Assembly: GCA_965602015.1 (NCBI GenBank)
Contig: OZ271918.1
Location: 3,136,001 to 3,200,000 of the forward strand
Direction of reading: 5' to 3'
Source: Salinispira sp.
GTDB taxonomy: Bacteria; Spirochaetota; Spirochaetia; DSM-27196; Salinispiraceae
DNA: 64,000 bases
Positions 36,838-45,133 of this stretch are shown here, one piece after another; the first letter of the stretch is position 1; each line of letters starts with the position of its first letter. The notes under the pieces are model-generated. The model was not told the DNA's origin. It saw only the letters and a program-made list of their open reading frames with translations, and made no database searches. Both the position numbers and the translations under genes were made by a program.

Positions 36838-37986
36838 TTAATATGCGGTTTTAATCAGTTCGCAGATGCGCTCTGAGCTGAGGGCGAGTCCGCAGCTTTC
36901 ATTAAAAGGAAACTCAGAGGCCCGTTCGCAGATGCGCTGCAGTTCATTAAGACTGAGATTAAAATCCCGCAGCCTGGTCGGCAGCTCCAGCCTGGCAAGC
37001 ACTCTGCGGATCGAAGCCGCCGCCAGAGGTGCAGCCTGGGCACTTTCCAGTCCGCTGATGTCTTCACCAAGGGCGTCGGCGATTTTTGCCAGCCGCTCGG
37101 GTTCTCGTTCGAGGTACATATCCAGAATATGGGGCAAAAGCACCATGGCTATCCAGCTTTTGGGAACCTGAAACGCCGAGTTGATCATGTACTCGAGGGT
37201 TCCGCCTATGCCCTGACCTGATGTTGAAAGCCCCATGGCTGAAAACAGGCCCCCTTTGCTGGCCATTTCCCGGACTGCAAGATCATCGGGACGGCGAAAT
37301 GTTTGAATCAGCGCTCTGCGCAATAGCGATATGGCCTCGAAAAGATGAACATCCGAAAGGAAATTGCGCTTTGCCGACAGAAATCCTTCAATGGATGCCA
37401 GAAGGGTATCGAGAATAGCGACGAGCTGATACTTGCTGCTTAAGCTCATACTGAGCTTGGGATCGATTATCACCGCCTTGGTCATGTTCGGAGGGAGATT
37501 GATAAGCAGGGCCTGTTCGCTCACCGAATCGGTTATGACGCAGCTGCTTTTCATCATAAAATGATTTCTGCATGAGTTGGGAATCTCGACGTAGCTGCAG
37601 TGCACCGAGGGCGGGATTTTACCCAGCAGAATTTCATTCAAGCCTACATCGCTTCCAATGAGGACGCTTGCGACCCTGGCCAGCGAAAGCACCCGCATCC
37701 CGCCAAAACCCAGTACGACCTGAATTTTGCCGGCTTTGCCGATATCGGCGATGGTCTCGATGGCTGCGGTTTTGATGCCCGGTCTGATGTCGTCAAAAAT
37801 GACCGGGTCAATTCCTGAGGCCCGCAACAGGCCCTGAATTTTTTGAAAATCATCCCGCACCTTGCCGTTTTGCTCGGTTACCAGCATCACCCGGCTTCCC
37901 AGGGGGCTAATGATCTCAGGGAGAGACTGGACGCTGTCCACCCCGAATCGAAGTTTCTGTATCCCCTGAAAATCAAGTTCATTCAT
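36838..37986 (-). CDS. Iron-containing alcohol dehydrogenase family protein with degenerate metal and NAD motifs
   Basis: FG..S...L, R.M.VT, IIDP.L, LP..L.D fold signatures; GGGS and His ligands absent. Start ATG 37986 chosen on AGGAAG SD. Confidence 0.8.
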   Translation of the reverse strand: MNELDFQGIQKLRFGVDSVQSLPEIISPLGSRVMLVTEQNGKVRDDFQKIQGLLRASGIDPVIFDDIRPGIKTAAIETIADIGKAGKIQVVLGFGGMRVLSLARVASVLIGSDVGLNEILLGKIPPSVHCSYVEIPNSCRNHFMMKSSCVITDSVSEQALLINLPPNMTKAVIIDPKLSMSLSSKYQLVAILDTLLASIEGFLSAKRNFLSDVHLFEAISLLRRALIQTFRRPDDLAVREMASKGGLFSAMGLSTSGQGIGGTLEYMINSAFQVPKSWIAMVLLPHILDMYLEREPERLAKIADALGEDISGLESAQAAPLAAASIRRVLARLELPTRLRDFNLSLNELQRICERASEFPFNESCGLALSSERICELIKTAY

Positions 37987-38103
37987 GAGTCTTCCTGATG
38001 AGCCGGCCGATGGCTGCTCACCGGACGACGGTTTTACTCTCGCGCTGCTTTGCCTTTCAGTAAAAATCATAGAGGATGTACCGCCAATATTCAAATTATT
38101 TAG

Positions 38104-38151
38104 TGCCCCCAAAACAGCTGATTTAAAACCCGGTCAAACCCCTGCAGGGCA
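38104..38151. repeat. Dispersed 48-bp element, copy 2 (terminal TGCCC/GGGCA inverted repeat)
   Basis: Homologous, in inverted orientation, to 19277-19323. Confidence 0.6.
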
Positions 38152-38192
38152 CAGCAAACACTTTAAAGACAGCTGCTCCAGCCCCCGGGTAC

Positions 38193-38222
38193 AAAAAAAC
38201 CGCAGGGGTTAACCTGCGGTTG
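38193..38222 (-). terminator. Intrinsic terminator downstream of flgM
   Basis: AAACCGCAGG-ggttaa-CCTGCGGTTT hairpin with T-tract on the minus strand. Confidence 0.85.
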
Positions 38223-38238
38223 GATTGAATTGGAATGT

Positions 38239-38523
38239 TTAGAGCCCGAAGGCATCGAGCAGTTTTTCGGCGACCTCATCGAGCACCCGGTCGTTTATGT
38301 AGGAAGGATCTTTTAATTTTTCCCGGACCTCGGCGATTCGGTCTTCACGGACTTCGGAGCTGTTTTTTACCTCTTCCGAAAGTTTCAGCATTTCCGCCTT
38401 GACCTTGGCTTCGCTTGATACGGAGATGGAATCCTGCTTGGATTTGGGCTCGACCTTGCCAGCTTTTTGATTTTTATTGTAGGTCGATATAGGATCTAAT
38501 GGTCCAAGACGTTCGATACTCAT
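38239..38523 (-). CDS. flgM: Anti-sigma28 factor FlgM
   Basis: 94 aa; D.I.VS.EA, VREDRIAEV.E.L..P.Y....VAEKLL pattern; sigma28 promoter upstream. Confidence 0.88.
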   Translation of the reverse strand: MSIERLGPLDPISTYNKNQKAGKVEPKSKQDSISVSSEAKVKAEMLKLSEEVKNSSEVREDRIAEVREKLKDPSYINDRVLDEVAEKLLDAFGL

Positions 38524-38546
38524 GATAATCCTTCCTTCGTTTCTAA

Positions 38547-38573
38547 GTATCGGCCATTTCGCCGCAATTGTTA
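38547..38573 (-). promoter_or_regulatory. Sigma28 (FliA) promoter of flgM
   Basis: TAAC-N15-GCCGATAC on the minus strand versus consensus TAAA-N15-GCCGATAA. Confidence 0.8.
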
Positions 38574-39266
38574 AGACCTTTTTCCCTGTCCTGAAACAAG
38601 TAATGCAAATTCGCCTTTTACCGATGGGCGCTCTTCCAGGGACGTCTTTATCTCGGCAGGGCTGCCTAAAAGCAGCTCCTCATGGCTTTTTGTCAGCTCC
38701 CTGCCGCAAATAACGTCCCGATCGTCATTGTATTCACTGCACAGTTCGTGGAGATCCTTCAATAGTTTTACAATTCGGTACGGCGATTCGTATACAATAA
38801 AAGCATCGCCCAAATTCAGCAGCTCCTTGAGCTGATTTTTACGGCGTCCGCCTTTTGGACTGAGAAAGCCTTCGAAAATCACCCGTTTGCCCGGGAAGGG
38901 GTTCACTGACATAAGCGCAGCCATCGCAGACGGACCGGGAATAGGAGAAACGCTCATCCCCTCTTGGAGTATCAGCCTGGCAAGGCTGCTCCCGGGATCA
39001 CTGATTCCCGGAGTGCCTGCGTCGGAAATATAGGCAACGGATTTGCCCTCGGCAAGCATTCCCCGGATTCTGACCGCCGCCTGTCTTTCATTGTGGGCAT
39101 GGCAGGCAATCAGCGGCTTTGAGATGCCGTGGGCGTTGAGCAGCTTGAGACTGTGCCGGGTGTCTTCACAGGCAATGGCATCCACCTCTTTGAGGACCTC
39201 CAGAGCGCGGAGGGTGATGTCCTTCAAATTACCGATTGGCGTGGCCACCATGTAGAGTTGCGCCAT
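38571..39266 (-). CDS. rsmI: 16S rRNA C1402 2'-O-methyltransferase
   Basis: LY.VATPIGNL.DIT.RA, ACEDTR, SDAGTPGISDPG, FEGFL, YESPYR, RELTK..EE, KGE. Confidence 0.96.
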   Translation of the reverse strand: MAQLYMVATPIGNLKDITLRALEVLKEVDAIACEDTRHSLKLLNAHGISKPLIACHAHNERQAAVRIRGMLAEGKSVAYISDAGTPGISDPGSSLARLILQEGMSVSPIPGPSAMAALMSVNPFPGKRVIFEGFLSPKGGRRKNQLKELLNLGDAFIVYESPYRIVKLLKDLHELCSEYNDDRDVICGRELTKSHEELLLGSPAEIKTSLEERPSVKGEFALLVSGQGKRS

Positions 39267-39352
39267 AAGGCCTCCGGGTGCCCGAAGTGTCCCGGTACTC
39301 GGGTCGGGCGAATTTTATGCCGATAGTGTATCAGAATATTGGAGTATTATCC

Positions 39353-39787
39353 GTGAACAGCGCCTACTTCGTCATGGCCTTTCTCGCCGTGGTCATCATA
39401 CTGCTCATCCTCACCATCGTCCGCCTGGGAAAGAAGGATTTTACCCATCTGGCTGCCAAAATGGCGGATAAGGACCGCGACAGGCTTGAAGTTCTCAGAC
39501 CATGTCCGGTATGCGGCACCATGCTTCGCCGGGGCGAAACCGTCCATTCGGTGTATTACCGCAATAAAAGCCGGGAGAACCACCAGCTTCCGGTTGAAGA
39601 GATCTATACCGAAATCTACGGTTGCCCCCACTGCTGGCCGGCAAATGATAGGTCACCGCGCATCTGCCCGGTCTGTCGCAAAACCGTTTCCGAATCCGGC
39701 TACCTGGTGGCCCGAACATTTAGAAAACCTGGCAGGAAGGACCATGTTCACGTCATAGGCTGTACCGAGTGTAAACGGGTCCGCTAA
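39353..39787 (+). CDS. Membrane-anchored protein with four CxxC motifs (double zinc ribbon-like)
   Basis: TM helix then CPVC, CPHC, CPVC, CTEC. GTG start after GGAG; ATG 39317 is an alternative. Confidence 0.75.
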   Translation: MNSAYFVMAFLAVVIILLILTIVRLGKKDFTHLAAKMADKDRDRLEVLRPCPVCGTMLRRGETVHSVYYRNKSRENHQLPVEEIYTEIYGCPHCWPANDRSPRICPVCRKTVSESGYLVARTFRKPGRKDHVHVIGCTECKRVR

Positions 39788-39806
39788 GAAACGTGCGAAT
39801 CATAGG

Positions 39807-41912
39807 TCAGAGGATATCCCCTGAACCCTCCTCCTCGGAGAGCAGAACCGTGGGATCCCGCTGCTCGCTGTTCTGCGCGCTTATGTCCGTAATCCGGTCG
39901 ATGTAGAACAGGGCGGCGGGATCCTCGCCGTGAAACTCGTTATAAAGGGCAAACTTGGATCCTGCCTCGGCAAAATCTCCCGTGAGATAGCTATCCAACG
40001 CCGATTCGAACATCGTCAGGGCATTGCCTCCCCGTCGGTCGCCCGGGGCCAGCACTTCGAAAATGGCCACCGGCTTATCCTTGCCCTTGACCCTGATCCG
40101 CCCCAGTTTGCGGAATTCGAAGAACCGGGATTCCGGACAGGACCGGGCGACATCCGAACTGATAATAACATCGCTTCCGAATACCTTGGTTAGCTGTTCC
40201 AGCCGGGAGGCCAAGTTCACCGTATCTGAAATTACCGTGCCCTCCAGCCGATGTTCTTCGCCGATGGTTCCGAGCATGAGTTTGCCTCGATTTATACCAA
40301 TTCCGACCCGTATCTCCCGGTATCCCGCATTTTTCCGGCCCAGGTTGTACTCGTCGAGGGTCTGTAAAAGGGCTGAGGCGGCATTCAGAGCATCGGACGG
40401 ATTGCCGGGAAACAGGGCCATAATTCCGTCGCCGATGTACTTATCGATAAAGCCGTTGTTTTCCCGGATCACTGGGCTGATCCGTCCCAAATAGCTGTTG
40501 ATGAAGTTGAAATTCTCGCCGGGGTTCATTTTTTCAGAAAGACTGGTGAACTGCCGTATATCGCAGAACATGACTGCCATGTCCAGCTCGACCTGATCTC
40601 CGAGCTGGATGTGAAGGATTGATTCCTTGTTCAACATTTTGAGGAATTCCCGGGGAACGAAACGGGAAAATGAATTTGCCATTAGGTGCATTTCCGAGGA
40701 AAAGCGTTCCGAGAGCTGAAAAGCCCTGGTGAAATTCTGGGATATCAGGAAGGCCTGGAGGAAGGTAAAGACGAACAATCCGTAGGAAGAGAGAAACATG
40801 CCGTTTGAACCCACGAGGTCGTAAATAATATCATTCACCACCGCAGCAACAATTAATACAATTCCGGCCAGCATCACTCCGGCCCCGCTTTTACGGTCCC
40901 TCAGCGCGCGAAAAAGGTAATAGATGAGAAGCCCGCCCTCGATAATCAGGAGAATTTCAAAGGCGATATGAAAGGGTATGTGCGCAGGTATGCTCAGAAA
41001 CAGCGCCATGACGCTGTATATCGGAACCAGCCAGGTCAAAAGCCTGCTGAACCAGCGAATCTCGTAATCCCCGTACAGGCTGGTTATGAAGCCGTTGAGG
41101 CACAATGCCGCAATGTAGACCGTAATGATTTCGATATCGATCAAAAGCCCCAAGGATATACCGGGCACAATGTCATGGAGAAAGCGCGCGGCGGTCAGGC
41201 CGCCTCTGATCGCCAGAGAAAGGGTAAACAGCCCGAAATACAGGGGGCTTTTTTCAGAACGCCGGAGATAATACAGACCCAGGTGATAGACGGCCATGAT
41301 CAGCAGGGCCCCGAAAATGAACAGGTCCAGCATCCTCAATGCGTAGGCCGCAGCGCTGACCCGGGCATCATCCCCCAAAAGGGGTGCATGGCGAAACCCG
41401 GCGTTAACGTCATGGTGATTTGAAACGTGAAAGAGGATTTCCAGCTCCCGGGAATCCGGGGTGAAGTAGAGGGTACGCATACGAAAACTTCCCCGCTCGT
41501 CCTCCGCCCGCAACGCGGGCTTGCCGTTCTCCAGCATGAGCCGGCCGTTCACATACACCCGGTAGGCATACATCACATCGCGCAACTGGAGACCGACGGT
41601 CAGACCGGAGGCTAAAAGGTCCTCACTGAGCTCAAAATGCCTCACATAGCTCCCGTATCCAAAGCGGGGAAAGCCATCTGCATCCCAAAAACCGCCCGCA
41701 AGTTCTGCGGCCCGGGAATCATCAGCCTGATAGCGCTCAGTCCATTGGACCGGATCGATAAACTCCTGCCAGTAAAAATCCCAGGAGCCTTCAAGCCGGA
41801 TTCCCTCGCGAAGTTCCGCAGCGCCTATGCTCGTCTGGGCGGCCAGCCCCGTTGCTGCAAAAAAAAGAGAAACCATGACTGCCAAGCAGAATGTTGCGCG
41901 GGCGCTGTGCAT
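39807..41912 (-). CDS. Class III adenylate cyclase with extracellular sugar-binding-like domain and 7TM-DISM membrane domain
   Basis: Signal peptide; L.G.W.FYW, GY.SY, SN.H; about 7 TM; F.DIRQFT, DKYIGDG.M, TVISDTVNLASRLE, VKGK. Confidence 0.9.
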   Translation of the reverse strand: MHSARATFCLAVMVSLFFAATGLAAQTSIGAAELREGIRLEGSWDFYWQEFIDPVQWTERYQADDSRAAELAGGFWDADGFPRFGYGSYVRHFELSEDLLASGLTVGLQLRDVMYAYRVYVNGRLMLENGKPALRAEDERGSFRMRTLYFTPDSRELEILFHVSNHHDVNAGFRHAPLLGDDARVSAAAYALRMLDLFIFGALLIMAVYHLGLYYLRRSEKSPLYFGLFTLSLAIRGGLTAARFLHDIVPGISLGLLIDIEIITVYIAALCLNGFITSLYGDYEIRWFSRLLTWLVPIYSVMALFLSIPAHIPFHIAFEILLIIEGGLLIYYLFRALRDRKSGAGVMLAGIVLIVAAVVNDIIYDLVGSNGMFLSSYGLFVFTFLQAFLISQNFTRAFQLSERFSSEMHLMANSFSRFVPREFLKMLNKESILHIQLGDQVELDMAVMFCDIRQFTSLSEKMNPGENFNFINSYLGRISPVIRENNGFIDKYIGDGIMALFPGNPSDALNAASALLQTLDEYNLGRKNAGYREIRVGIGINRGKLMLGTIGEEHRLEGTVISDTVNLASRLEQLTKVFGSDVIISSDVARSCPESRFFEFRKLGRIRVKGKDKPVAIFEVLAPGDRRGGNALTMFESALDSYLTGDFAEAGSKFALYNEFHGEDPAALFYIDRITDISAQNSEQRDPTVLLSEEEGSGDIL

Positions 41913-41968
41913 AATTCAATAGTATGATGCGTCGGGTAGTGATTATCCAGGTTTAAACCCGCCGGCCA

Positions 41969-41994
41969 GTCACTATATGTCACAGGATGTCACA
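41969..41994. promoter_or_regulatory. Triple GTCAC direct repeat with 10-bp period (candidate regulator site)
   Basis: GTCAC at 41969, 41979 and 41989, in the divergent cyclase/aspS intergenic region. Confidence 0.5.
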
Positions 41995-42033
41995 GCTTGA
42001 ATCGTAATTCACTATAATGATAGGCTCTCACCC

Positions 42034-43824
42034 ATGGAAGCACATAAAAGAACTCACACCTGCGGGGAATTGACCGCCGCTCACGCAGGAGAAACCGTAA
42101 CCCTGAACGGCTGGGTCCATCGAAACCGGAACCACGGCGGCGTTCACTTCATAAACCTCAGAGACCGCTACGGCATTACCCAGGTGGTTATCGATGAAGA
42201 CGCATCGGCGGAGTTGCTCGCTACTGCCGAATCGCTAAAATACGAGTACTGCATCGCCGTTGAAGGTGTTGTGCGCACGCGCCCGGATTCCATGGTTAAC
42301 TCCGAGATGGCCACCGGCGAAATTGAGCTTGCCGCCGCTGCGATCCACATTCTGACCCGCAGCGAAACTCTACCGTTCATGATAGACGAGCGCAGCGAAA
42401 CCAATGAGGATCTTCGGCTCAAGTACCGCTACCTCGACCTTCGCTCTTTTTCAATGCAGCGAAAAATAAAACTGCGGGCAGATGTGAGTTACCGGGTACG
42501 GGAGTTTCTGGGAAACCAGGGATTTCTTGAAATCGAAACACCCACCATGATTCGCTCCACCCCTGAAGGTGCGCGGGACTTTCTCATTCCCAGTCGCCTG
42601 CATCCCGGCAGCTTCTACGCAATGCCCCAGAGCCCCCAGCTCTTCAAGCAAATCCTCATGGTCTCGGGCTTCGACAAGTATTTCCAGCTCGCCCACTGCT
42701 TCCGCGACGAAGATTTACGGGGCGACCGTCAGCCTGAGCATACCCAAATAGATATCGAAATGAGTTTCGTCGATCAGGACGATGTGTTCAGCCTCATCGA
42801 GGGAATGATGAGCCATATTTTTACGCACACCATGGATATGGAAATTCCCACTCCGTTTCCCCGCATACCCTATGACGAAGCCATGAACCTATACGGTTCC
42901 GACAAGCCGGATCTCCGATTCGAGATGGCCATGCAGGATTTTACCCGCTTTGCCGCCGGCAGCGGTTTTGTCGTTTTTGAATCAGTGGCGGAATCCGGGG
43001 GCAGCATCAAGGTTCTCGTTGCCCCGGGGGCTGCGGAATACAGCCGAAAACAGATTGGCGAACTGGAAGAGAGCGCGAAAACCTACGGCGCAAAAGGCCT
43101 GGCATGGACCAAGGTAAATGACGCGGGAGAACTGGAGGGCGGCATCGGAAAGTTCTTCAGTGAGCGATCCGCGGATATCACCTCCGAGCTAGGGGCCCGC
43201 AGCGGTGACCTGCTGCTTTTCGTCGCAGACCGCTGGAGCACCGCGTGTACCGCATTAGGTGCAGTCCGAAAACGCCTGGGCGTCGAACTGGGCCTGGTAA
43301 AAACCGAACCCGGCAGTCCCGGAGATTTTTCCTTTGCCTGGATCGTCGACTTTCCCCTTTTCGAATATGATGAGGAAAATGGGAAGTGGGAGGCAGCGCA
43401 CCACATGTTCACCATGCCCCAGGAGCGTTTCCTGGAAAGCCTGGAGACTGATCCCGGCGCGGTAAAAGGCGCGCTGTACGACCTGGTGTGCAACGGCGTC
43501 GAGCTGGCCTCCGGATCAATAAGGATTAACGATCCGGAGCTTCAGCAGCGGATTTTTAACGTCGTCGGATTCGACCCCGAGGAGGCCCAGCGCCGTTTCG
43601 GTTTTCTGATGAACGCGTTCCGCTACGGCGCCCCGCCCCACGGCGGCATCGCACCGGGGCTTGACCGCCTGGTAATGCTTATGTCCGGTGAAAGCACCAT
43701 ACGGGAGGTTATCGCCTTCCCGAAAAATACCGCCGGCGTCAGCCCAATGGACGATTCACCGTCTCCGGTTGATGAATCCCAACTGGCCGAACTCGGCCTG
43801 AGGCTGTTGCCTAAAGAAGACTAA
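42034..43824 (+). CDS. aspS: Aspartate--tRNA ligase
   Basis: RTHTCGEL, LRDRYG, RLKYRYLDLR, STPEGARD, PQSPQLFKQ, FRDED.R.DRQPE, GAKG, PPHGG.A.GLDR, VIAFPK. Confidence 0.98.
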   Translation: MEAHKRTHTCGELTAAHAGETVTLNGWVHRNRNHGGVHFINLRDRYGITQVVIDEDASAELLATAESLKYEYCIAVEGVVRTRPDSMVNSEMATGEIELAAAAIHILTRSETLPFMIDERSETNEDLRLKYRYLDLRSFSMQRKIKLRADVSYRVREFLGNQGFLEIETPTMIRSTPEGARDFLIPSRLHPGSFYAMPQSPQLFKQILMVSGFDKYFQLAHCFRDEDLRGDRQPEHTQIDIEMSFVDQDDVFSLIEGMMSHIFTHTMDMEIPTPFPRIPYDEAMNLYGSDKPDLRFEMAMQDFTRFAAGSGFVVFESVAESGGSIKVLVAPGAAEYSRKQIGELEESAKTYGAKGLAWTKVNDAGELEGGIGKFFSERSADITSELGARSGDLLLFVADRWSTACTALGAVRKRLGVELGLVKTEPGSPGDFSFAWIVDFPLFEYDEENGKWEAAHHMFTMPQERFLESLETDPGAVKGALYDLVCNGVELASGSIRINDPELQQRIFNVVGFDPEEAQRRFGFLMNAFRYGAPPHGGIAPGLDRLVMLMSGESTIREVIAFPKNTAGVSPMDDSPSPVDESQLAELGLRLLPKED

Positions 43825-43849
43825 ACACTCCATCAACACAGTGCATGAA

Positions 43850-43912
43850 CTGCTTCACGCGCCGGCAAATCCCGCAGGCTGGCGTTTTCATCATCCCGCT
43901 GATGAGAAGCAG
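43850..43912 (+). ncRNA. Candidate structured 5' leader (three-way junction) of serA
   Basis: CTGCTT/AAGCAG closing stem around two hairpins that both carry TCCCGC in the loop; lies just before SD GAGGAGG. Confidence 0.35.
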
Positions 43913-43926
43913 CCTGAGGAGGCATC

Positions 43927-45093
43927 ATGTTCACCATAAAGACACTTAACGCTATATCCCCCAAGGGGCTGTCCCTGCTCGAACAGGACACATTTAATCT
44001 GGACGACAACGCCGCAGATCCCGACGGCATTATCCTTCGGTCCTACAAAATGCACGGCATGCCGATAAACCGCGGCCTACTGGCAGTTGCCCGGGCCGGC
44101 GCCGGTGTCAATAACATACCGGTTGATGAGTACAGCAACAAAGGCATTGTCGTTTTCAACACCCCCGGGGCGAATGCCAACTCGGTCAAGGAACTGGTCA
44201 TTTCCGGAATGCTGCTTTCGAGCCGGAAGATAATCGATGGGGTCAACTGGACCCGGGAACTGGTCGGCAAGGATGATGTTGAGAAGACCGTCGAAAGCGG
44301 CAAGAAAGACTACGCCGGACCGGAAATCATGGGCAAGCGCCTGGCAGTCGTCGGCTTAGGCGCCATCGGCGTGATGGTTGCCAATGCGGCTAACGATCTC
44401 GGCATGGAGGTCATCGGTTTCGACCCCTATATTTCCGTCGAGAGCGCCTGGGGTCTTCACGCAAACGTCAAGCGCGCCGGGAGCATTGAACAGGCCGTCG
44501 GCGATTGCGATTTTATCAGCCTACACGTGCCGCTGATGGACAACACAAAAGGCATGATCAACAAGGGCCTTATCTCCCGCATGAAAAAAGGCGTTCGTAT
44601 CCTCAACTTCGCCCGGGGTCCGCTGGTGAACGACTCGGACATTATCGAAGCCCTCCGAAGCGGACAAATATCCCGATACATAACCGACTTCCCCAACGAA
44701 GAGCTTCTGGCTAACGACCATGTTATTCCCATTCCCCATCTGGGAGCATCCACCCCGGAGGCCGAAGAAAATTGCGCAATTATGGCCGCAAAGCAAATTT
44801 CCAATTATCTTGAGAGCGGAAACATCGTCAATTCGGTTAACTTCCCCCGAATTGAGATGGAATTTACCACTACCGTACGGCTTCTCATTCTGAATCGCAA
44901 CATACCGGCAATGGTGGGTCAGATTACCAGCATCCTCGCCGAAGAAAAGATCAATATCGCCGATATGATCAACAAACATCGGGGAGATGTGGCCTGCACC
45001 ATCATCGATATCGACGGTGATATTTCAGATGAGAGTCTGTCACGGGTTGAAAATATCGAAGGAGTCATCCGCGCACGGGTAATCCGCCGTTGA
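43927..45093 (+). CDS. serA: D-3-phosphoglycerate dehydrogenase with ACT domain
   Basis: RAGAGVNN, FNTPGANANSV.EL, GLGAIG, LHVPL, NFARG, PHLGAST.EAE, C-terminal ACT. Confidence 0.9.
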   Translation: MFTIKTLNAISPKGLSLLEQDTFNLDDNAADPDGIILRSYKMHGMPINRGLLAVARAGAGVNNIPVDEYSNKGIVVFNTPGANANSVKELVISGMLLSSRKIIDGVNWTRELVGKDDVEKTVESGKKDYAGPEIMGKRLAVVGLGAIGVMVANAANDLGMEVIGFDPYISVESAWGLHANVKRAGSIEQAVGDCDFISLHVPLMDNTKGMINKGLISRMKKGVRILNFARGPLVNDSDIIEALRSGQISRYITDFPNEELLANDHVIPIPHLGASTPEAEENCAIMAAKQISNYLESGNIVNSVNFPRIEMEFTTTVRLLILNRNIPAMVGQITSILAEEKINIADMINKHRGDVACTIIDIDGDISDESLSRVENIEGVIRARVIRR

Positions 45094-45133
45094 GGCGGTG
45101 AATTGGGCGGTGACCTGAGGAGCGATAGGCAGT

